Below, in pieces: positions 58,028 through 64,000 of a stretch of DNA of 64,000 nucleotides; within the stretch, counting starts at the first letter, position 1, and every line of letters starts with the position of its first letter. Location: contig CBDDFZ010000001.1 of assembly GCA_965227515.1 (NCBI GenBank), positions 288,001 through 352,000 of the forward strand. Reading direction: 5' to 3'. The DNA comes from Alphaproteobacteria bacterium (GTDB taxonomy: Bacteria > Pseudomonadota > Alphaproteobacteria > CALKHQ01). The notes beneath the pieces were generated by a model. The model worked only from the letters and a program-made list of their open reading frames with translations, was not told the DNA's origin and did no database searches. The translations under genes and the position numbers were made by a program.

Positions 58028-58253
58028 TCGTGCCGGCAGCCATCCCTCCCTCTGAGCTGCACCCACGACACAAGGCACCCGGGCGGTCTCCCACCGTCCG
58101 GGTGCACGCATTTGCCCGGTCGGCGACGACCGGTCAGTCGCCCAATCTGGCACTACACGCATTGCCGCATGGCCTTGAGCGCCGCGCCTTGGCAATATCG
58201 CGTCGCGCGCGCCGGCTCGATCCAGGCGCAGCTCACCGCTCGGAGGGACAGAC

Positions 58254-59117
58254 ATGCTCAGAATGGCGCTCCTGCCCGCGACAGCCTTGCTGTGCGTCTC
58301 GGCCCAGTGGGTCACGGCGCAAGCCGACGACCGTTGGATGTCGATCCCGGCGCCGCCGCCGATGCCCGACGCCGCCGAAAGCGGCCTCGCCCCGGTCAAT
58401 GGCATCGAGATGTACTACGCGGTCTATGGCGACGGGGACGGCACGCCGATCCTGCTGGTCCACGGCGGGCTGGCCCATGGCGACGTCTGGGCGGCCCAGG
58501 TGGCCGACCTGATGACCGACCACACGGTCATCGTCGCCGACACCCGCGGCCACGGCCGCTCCAACAATGACGGCAGCGTCTACGCGTACGATCTGTTGGC
58601 CGAGGACTACCTCGCCCTGCTCGACCATCTGGGCGTCGACGCCGTGCACCTGGTCGGCTGGTCCGACGGCGCGAACATCGGCTACACGATCTCCACCGCC
58701 GCGCCCGAGCGCCTGGCCAGCCATTTCGCCCACGCCGGCAACGTTACCCTGGATGGCATCGACCCCGCGGTGGAGACCGACGAGGTGTTCGGCGCCTATG
58801 TCGGCATGATGGCCGCGGACTATGTCGCGATGTCGCCCACGCCGGACGGCTTCGATGCGTTCATCGAGGGGATCGTCGCCATGTGGAGCAGCGAGAAGCC
58901 CGGCGCGTTCGAGGCGCTGGAGGCGGTGACCGTGCCCACCCTGGTGGTGCAGAGCGCATATGACGAGGCGATCCTGATGGAGCACGCCCAGCGTATCGCC
59001 GACACCATCCCCGGTGCCGCGTTGCTGGTGCTGGAGGACGTCAGCCACTTCGCGTCGTTCCAGGCGCCGGACGAATATACGGCGGCGATCCGCGCCTTCA
59101 TTGACGGCTTGGAATAG
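58254..59117 (+). CDS. Secreted alpha/beta hydrolase
   Basis: Signal peptide, LVHGG, DTRGHGRS, GWSDG nucleophile, SHF. Confidence 0.9.
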   Translation: MLRMALLPATALLCVSAQWVTAQADDRWMSIPAPPPMPDAAESGLAPVNGIEMYYAVYGDGDGTPILLVHGGLAHGDVWAAQVADLMTDHTVIVADTRGHGRSNNDGSVYAYDLLAEDYLALLDHLGVDAVHLVGWSDGANIGYTISTAAPERLASHFAHAGNVTLDGIDPAVETDEVFGAYVGMMAADYVAMSPTPDGFDAFIEGIVAMWSSEKPGAFEALEAVTVPTLVVQSAYDEAILMEHAQRIADTIPGAALLVLEDVSHFASFQAPDEYTAAIRAFIDGLE

Positions 59118-59125
59118 GGAGCAAC

Positions 59126-60436
59126 ATGACCGCAAGCCCGATCACCTATCTGCTCTGGAACGACCTCGTCGGCGTCACCCGCACCCGCGGCGTGCCGTCC
59201 GACAGCCTCGACAAGCGGCTGGAGGCCGGCCTCGGCTGGGCCTGCGCCGGCCAGGCGCTGACCCCGTTCGAGGACATCGTCGACAACCCCTGGGGGCCGA
59301 TGGACGAGGCGCGGCAGGTCCCCGACCCCGCCACACGCTTCACCATTCCCGGCGACGAGACGACGCCGCCGATCGACGCGGTGATCTGCGATTCCAGGAT
59401 GGGGCCGGACGAGGATTGGGACTGCTGTACGCGTACGTTCCTGCGCAAGGCGCTGGATGACTTGCACGCGCAGACCGGGCTGAGCCTCAACGCCTGCTTC
59501 GAGCATGAGTTCCTGATCGAAGGCGAAGGGTTCGCGGCCGCGACCCCATTCTCGTTCGCCGCCGCGCGCCAGGCGCACGGCCTGCTCGCCGACATCCAGG
59601 CGGCGTTGATTGCCGCCGGCATCGGTGTCGAGGCGATCGAGCCCGAATACGGCACCGGACAGTATGAGATCAGCACCGCACCGCGCGCGGGCTTGAAGGC
59701 CGCCGACGACGCCCTGGTCGCGCGCGAGGTGATCCGCGAGATCGTGCGCCGGCGCGGCTTGCGGGCGACGTTCACGCCGAAGCCCGGGCCGGAGATGGTC
59801 GGCAACGGCGCGCATGTCCACATCAGCCTGGCCGACAGCGACGGCACCAACACGATCTACGAGCCGAACAGTACGTTTGGCCTGTCGGAAACCGCGCGGC
59901 ACTTTTCCGCCGGCATCCTGCGCCATGTCGATGCGCTGGTCGCATTCACCGCCGCGGCCCCGGTGTCGTACTACCGCCTGGGGCCGCACCATTGGAGCTG
60001 CGGCTTCCGTGCCATGGGCGTGCAGAACCGGGAGGCGGCGATCCGCGTCATCCACGGCACCGCGCGCGATCCCGCCGCCATTGCCGCGGGCACCAACCTG
60101 GAATACCGCCCCATCGACGCGGTCGCGTCGCCCTATCTGGCGCTCGGCGTGCTGGTCCGCGCCGGGCTGGACGGCATCGCCCGCGGCAAGGAGCCGCCCA
60201 AGCCTGCGACCATGGACCCGGCGGAGATGAGTGCGGCCGCCGCCAAGCGCGCCGGCGTGGTGCCGCTGCCGTCGTCCCTGGGCGACGCGCTCGACGCCCT
60301 GGAGAAGAACCGCACCGTGCGCTCGTGGTTCTCAAAGCCGATGCTGGAGACCTACATCGCGCTGAAGCGCTGGGAGATTGCGGCCGCCGAGGACCCCGCC
60401 GCGGACATGTTCCAGCGCTACCGCGACGCGTACTAG
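59126..60436 (+). CDS. Glutamine synthetase-like (gamma-glutamyl ligase) protein
   Basis: FEHEF, EYG.GQYEI, PKP....GNGAHVH.S, NREAAIR, EYRPIDA.ASPYL. Confidence 0.9.
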   Translation: MTASPITYLLWNDLVGVTRTRGVPSDSLDKRLEAGLGWACAGQALTPFEDIVDNPWGPMDEARQVPDPATRFTIPGDETTPPIDAVICDSRMGPDEDWDCCTRTFLRKALDDLHAQTGLSLNACFEHEFLIEGEGFAAATPFSFAAARQAHGLLADIQAALIAAGIGVEAIEPEYGTGQYEISTAPRAGLKAADDALVAREVIREIVRRRGLRATFTPKPGPEMVGNGAHVHISLADSDGTNTIYEPNSTFGLSETARHFSAGILRHVDALVAFTAAAPVSYYRLGPHHWSCGFRAMGVQNREAAIRVIHGTARDPAAIAAGTNLEYRPIDAVASPYLALGVLVRAGLDGIARGKEPPKPATMDPAEMSAAAAKRAGVVPLPSSLGDALDALEKNRTVRSWFSKPMLETYIALKRWEIAAAEDPAADMFQRYRDAY

Positions 60437-60443
60437 TTCTGCC

Positions 60444-61583
60444 ATGCCGATCACCGCACCCACCGACTACATCGACCACCACTGCCATGGCGTGGTGCCG
60501 CACGACCTGGACCGCGCCGGGTTCGAGGCGCTGTTCTCCGAGGCGCACCGGCCGGGCAGCGGCGGGCTGCTGAGCCAGTTCGACAAGCCGCTGGGCCTGA
60601 TGATCCGTCGGTTCTGCGCGCCGGTGCTGGACCTGGAGCCCCATGCGGACCCTGACGCCTATATCGCCCGCCGCCGGGAACTGGGCGTCGCGGAGGTGAA
60701 CCGCCGGCTGGTCGGCGGAGCGGCCATGGCGGCCCTGCTGGTCGATACCGGCCACCGTTCCGATGCGATCCTGGATTGTCCGGCGATGGCCGAGGCGGCC
60801 GGCGCGCCGGCTCTGGAGGTGGTGCGCATCGAGGCGGTGATGGAGGAGGTGGCGCGCGGCGGTCCGGACGCCGCCAGTGCGCTCGACCGCTTCGCCGACC
60901 TGCTGGCCGAGCGATCCGCCGATGCGGTGGGCCTGAAGTCGATCATCGCCTATCGCGCCAGCTTCGATGTCGACCCCAGCCGGCCGCCACGGGCCGCGGC
61001 CGATGCCGCGGTCGGACGCTGGCTGGCGGCCATCCAGACCGACGGCTGGTCGCGGCTGGAGGACCCGGTGCTGCTGCGCCATTGCCTGTGGGTCGGGCTC
61101 GACCTCTGCGCCGAGCGCCGGATGCCGCTGCAACTCCATGTCGGGTTCGGCGACCGCGACATCATCATGCACCGCTGCGACCCGACCGTGTTCACCCGCT
61201 TCCTGGAGGCGGCGGAAGGCCGCGACGTGCCGGTCACCCTGCTGCACAACTACCCGTTCCAGCGCGAGGCCGGCTGGCTCGCCGAGGTGTTCTCCAACGT
61301 CTATTACGACGTCGGCGCGGTGCTGAACTACACCGGGGCCATGGCCCACAGGGTGCTGGCCGACGCGCTGGAGATGGGGCCGTTCACTAAGCAGCTCTAT
61401 AGTTCCGATGCCTTCGGCCTGCCGGAGCTGCACTATCTGGGCCGGGTCCAGTTCGAGCGCGCGCTCACCCGGATCATGGACGAATGGATCGCGGCCGGCG
61501 ACTGCACCGCGGCCGATGCCGAGCGCATCGCCGCGATGATCGCCGGCGGCAATGCCCGGCGGATCTATCGGTTGGCTAGCTGA
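60444..61583 (+). CDS. Amidohydrolase-2 family protein (FluG/NodGS N-terminal-like)
   Basis: IDHHCH, GLKSIIAYR, PLQLHVGFGDRD, LLHNYPF.REAG.LA..F.NVY.D, YSSDA..LPE. Confidence 0.88.
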   Translation: MPITAPTDYIDHHCHGVVPHDLDRAGFEALFSEAHRPGSGGLLSQFDKPLGLMIRRFCAPVLDLEPHADPDAYIARRRELGVAEVNRRLVGGAAMAALLVDTGHRSDAILDCPAMAEAAGAPALEVVRIEAVMEEVARGGPDAASALDRFADLLAERSADAVGLKSIIAYRASFDVDPSRPPRAAADAAVGRWLAAIQTDGWSRLEDPVLLRHCLWVGLDLCAERRMPLQLHVGFGDRDIIMHRCDPTVFTRFLEAAEGRDVPVTLLHNYPFQREAGWLAEVFSNVYYDVGAVLNYTGAMAHRVLADALEMGPFTKQLYSSDAFGLPELHYLGRVQFERALTRIMDEWIAAGDCTAADAERIAAMIAGGNARRIYRLAS

Positions 61584-61609
61584 ATCCGACAGCCTCCTTT
61601 GACATCCCC

Positions 61610-61636
61610 TTGACATCTGTCGCCTGAAAGGCGACA
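61610..61636 (+). promoter_or_regulatory. higBA promoter (-35) and probable antitoxin operator
   Basis: TTGACA (duplicated) followed by the palindrome TGTCGCCT-GAA-AGGCGACA. Confidence 0.6.
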
Positions 61637-61643
61637 TCCACGC

Positions 61644-61928
61644 ATGCGCATAAGGACCATCAGCCACAAGGGCCTGCGCCGCCTGGTGGAGAATGACGAC
61701 CCGCGCGAAATACGTCGCGATCTGGAAGGCAGGGTCAGGCGCGTGGTGACCGCTTTGGTCCTGGCGCACGACATGGCGAGCATTATGGCGCCACCCGGCT
61801 GGCGCCTGCACCAATTGACGGGCGACCGCGCCGGCACATGGAGTATCAGCGTGTCCGGCAACTGGCGCATCACCTTCCGGATCGAGGAAGGCGAAATCGC
61901 CGGTCTGAACCTGGAGGACTATCACTGA
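61644..61928 (+). CDS. higB: HigB-like (RelE/ParE superfamily) toxin
   Basis: I.HKGLRRL, PGWRLHQL.GDRAG.WSISVSGNWRITF, LEDYH. Confidence 0.92.
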   Translation: MRIRTISHKGLRRLVENDDPREIRRDLEGRVRRVVTALVLAHDMASIMAPPGWRLHQLTGDRAGTWSISVSGNWRITFRIEEGEIAGLNLEDYH

Positions 61929-62239
61929 TGAGCGACACGCCGGTCACCATCGGCATGACACCCTGCCATCCCGGCGAGTTCATTCGCGCCGAGGTGCTCG
62001 ACGAATTGCACCTGTCGGTGACCAAGGCAGCACAGCTGCTGGGCGTAGGGCGTCAGGCGCTGTCCGACCTGGTCAATGGCAACCATCGCCTGACGCCGGA
62101 GATGGCGCTTCGGCTGGAGAAGGCCTTCGGACTCGACATGGATACGATGCTGCGCATGCAGGCGTGGTGGGACGCATGCGCCATGCGCGAGCGTGCCGAC
62201 ACCGTCGACGTTCGCCCCTACATGCCTGCAGCGTCGTAA
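61928..62239 (+). CDS. higA: HigA antitoxin (HTH-XRE)
   Basis: HPGEFIR, LSVTKAA..LGV.RQALS.LVNG, LTPEMALRLEKAFG. TGATG overlap with the toxin. Confidence 0.92.
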   Translation: MSDTPVTIGMTPCHPGEFIRAEVLDELHLSVTKAAQLLGVGRQALSDLVNGNHRLTPEMALRLEKAFGLDMDTMLRMQAWWDACAMRERADTVDVRPYMPAAS

Positions 62240-62351
62240 GGGCACGCCAAATCGCCGCGTGCGGGTCGACGCGCTCGGCCGGCATCGCCATATTGGACGC
62301 AATCCCTTCCGGGGTCAGCCAGGACGCCAGAACCGCAATGCCGGAATCGCC

Positions 62352-63515
62352 ATGAACGACACGCCCACGCTCACCACAGCGCGCAACGACGACACCGGTT
62401 TCGGCGCGGCCATCTCCAGTGCGGAGGAAATCGTCGAGGAGGCGCGGCAGGGCCGCATGTTCATCCTGATCGACGATGAGGATCGGGAGAACGAAGGCGA
62501 CCTGATCATTGCCGGCGGCTGCGCCGACGCCGCTGCGATCAATTTCATGGCCAAGTACGGCCGCGGGCTGATCTGCCTGGCGCTGGAGCGCGAGCGGGTC
62601 GAGGCCCTGAAGCTGCCGCTGATGCAGCAGACCAATGCCAGCCGGCTCTCCACCGCCTTCACCGTCTCCATCGAGGCGCGCGACGGCGTGACCACAGGCA
62701 TTTCCGCCGCCGACCGGGCGCGCACAATCGCGGTCGCCATCGACCCGGCGAGCGGGCCCGCCGACATCACCACGCCGGGCCACATCTTCCCTCTGCTGGC
62801 GCGCGACGGGGGCGTGTTGGAGCGCGCCGGCCACACCGAGGCCGCGGTCGACGTCGCACGGATGGCCGGTCAGGGCTCCTCGGCGGTGATCTGCGAGATC
62901 ATGAACGACGACGGCACCATGGCGCGCCTGCCCGACCTGGTGGCGTTCGCGCAGTACCACTCGCTGAAAATCGGCACCATCGCCGACCTGATCGCGTTCC
63001 GGAAGCGCACCGAAAGCCTGGTCGAGCGCGTGTCGGAACAGTCGCTGGACAGCATTCACGGCGGCCATTGGCGCACGCTGATCTACCGCAACCGCATCTC
63101 CGGCGCCGCCCACGTGGCGCTGGTGAAGGGCGAGATCGACCAGGCCACCCCCACCCTGGTGCGGGTGCACGCGCTGAGCGCGCTGCAGGAGGTGCTGGGC
63201 GACACCGCGACCGGGCGCATCGGCGACCTGCAGAACGCCATGCTGATGATCGCGGAAGCCGGACGCGGGGTGGTGGTGCTGATCCGCGACCCCGGCGTCG
63301 ACGACATCGCCGCCCTCGGCAAGACCGACCCGCACGCGCCGAGCACGTCGGAGCTGCGCGACTACGGCATCGGCGCGCAAATCCTGCGCGATATCGGGGT
63401 GCGCGACATGGTGCTGCTGTCGCGCTCGCAGACCACCATCGTCGGCCTGCAGGGCTACGATCTGCAGGTGGTGGAACGGCGCCCGATCCAGGGGCCATAC
63501 GGCGGCGCAGATTAG
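62352..63515 (+). CDS. ribB: 3,4-dihydroxy-2-butanone-4-phosphate synthase with a degenerate GTP cyclohydrolase II-like domain
   Basis: DDEDRENEGD, TAFTVSIEA, PGHIFPL, GHTEA, ICEIM. The C-terminal domain lacks the Zn-binding Cys residues. Confidence 0.93.
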   Translation: MNDTPTLTTARNDDTGFGAAISSAEEIVEEARQGRMFILIDDEDRENEGDLIIAGGCADAAAINFMAKYGRGLICLALERERVEALKLPLMQQTNASRLSTAFTVSIEARDGVTTGISAADRARTIAVAIDPASGPADITTPGHIFPLLARDGGVLERAGHTEAAVDVARMAGQGSSAVICEIMNDDGTMARLPDLVAFAQYHSLKIGTIADLIAFRKRTESLVERVSEQSLDSIHGGHWRTLIYRNRISGAAHVALVKGEIDQATPTLVRVHALSALQEVLGDTATGRIGDLQNAMLMIAEAGRGVVVLIRDPGVDDIAALGKTDPHAPSTSELRDYGIGAQILRDIGVRDMVLLSRSQTTIVGLQGYDLQVVERRPIQGPYGGAD

Positions 63516-63640
63516 GTCTTAATCAGCTTGCGCTGAAGTCTGCGCCAGCCCTCTCCCCCACCCGGCCTCCCAATCAGGATACTGTCGTGGGTGGCCGGGT
63601 GGGGGAGCGGGCCGGTGCCGACAAGATCATGATGCTGACA
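63513..63640 (+). mobile_element. Family-A MITE copy 5
   Basis: TAGGTCTTAATCAGCTTGCGCTGAAGTCTGCGCCAGCCCTCTCCCCCACCCGG...GGCCGGTGCCGAC. Begins at the ribB TAG. Confidence 0.88.
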
Positions 63641-63713
63641 TTGTGATTGCGCGCACACGCGCGGGTCCGCAAACGGCTTGAAAGCGGCACGGCACCACCC
63701 CATCTCTTCTTAG

Positions 63714-63730
63714 TCTGGAATAATTCTAAA
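63714..63730. promoter_or_regulatory. Irr iron control element (ICE)
   Basis: TCTGGAA-TAA-TTCTAAA against consensus TTTRGAA-N3-TTCYAAA, just upstream of dps. Confidence 0.7.
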
Positions 63731-63750
63731 CTAGGAAGAGGAGCACCGCC

Positions 63751-64000
63751 GTGTCGACCCCGACCAACGATCTGCCGCAAGACACCCGCAACACCGTTAT
63801 CGGCATCCTGAATGACCGCCTGGCCGATGCGATCGACCTCGGCCGCCACGCCAAGCAGGCGCACTGGAACATCAAGGGCCCGCACTTCATCGCCCTGCAT
63901 GAGCTGTTCGACCAGGTGCACGCCCACGCCAACGACTATGTCGACCTGATCGCCGAGCGTGTGACCACCCTGGGCGGCAAGGCGGAAGGCGACATCGCCA
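63751..64000 (+). CDS. dps: Dps ferritin-like DNA protection protein, 5' part (runs off window)
   Basis: GTG after GAGGAG. Reads NDLPQDTR...LADAIDL..HAKQAHWNIKGPHFIALHELFD...DLIAERV..LGG. Confidence 0.93.
   Translation, partial: MSTPTNDLPQDTRNTVIGILNDRLADAIDLGRHAKQAHWNIKGPHFIALHELFDQVHAHANDYVDLIAERVTTLGGKAEGDIA

Noticed and set aside
58148-58165. Sigma-54 promoter TGGCAC...TTGC
   Set aside because: GG-to-GC spacing is 8 or 13, not 10.
62240-62351. FMN riboswitch before ribB
   Set aside because: None of the RFN conserved blocks is present, and the region is too short.
11622-63640. Recurrent palindromic repeats as a CRISPR array
   Set aside because: Copies are dispersed and long, with no regular repeat-spacer periodicity and no cas genes.
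1-64000. Long antisense or alternate-frame ORFs (e.g. 1..1563+, 22124..24334+, 27860..30259-, 48125..50548+ upstream part, 50620..52638-, 60048..61925-)
   Set aside because: They overlap well-supported genes, are Arg/Gly/Ala-rich with no recognisable motifs, and are expected shadows in high-GC DNA.

Overview
GC-rich alphaproteobacterial chromosome segment, probably Rhodospirillales-like. Evidence: the ubiG/lysC-NMO-ptsP-rodZ-ispG-hisS-prfA block, a two-piece permuted tmRNA next to sspB and thyX, and CtrA, Irr and EcfG-type motifs. It holds about 55 genes: housekeeping genes mixed with transporters, methylated-amine metabolism (BHMT, TMAO demethylase), a Zur-boxed zinc-uptake operon, a HigBA toxin-antitoxin pair and at least four families of short palindromic non-autonomous elements. 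I saw no prophage, intact transposase or CRISPR array. Most notable observations: (1) a ykkC-fold riboswitch with non-guanidine (subtype-2-like) signatures and an apparent translational expression platform before an EamA/DMT transporter; (2) ThyX with an insertion carrying a beta-clamp-like QLKLF motif; (3) a solitary, diverged T6SS sheath (TssC-like) gene; (4) a secreted six-cysteine micro-domain protein with a CtrA box; (5) a suhB/MmgR-like sRNA; (6) a ~126-bp MITE whose end coincides with the stop codon of several genes. All family assignments come from motif recognition by eye; no database searches were run.
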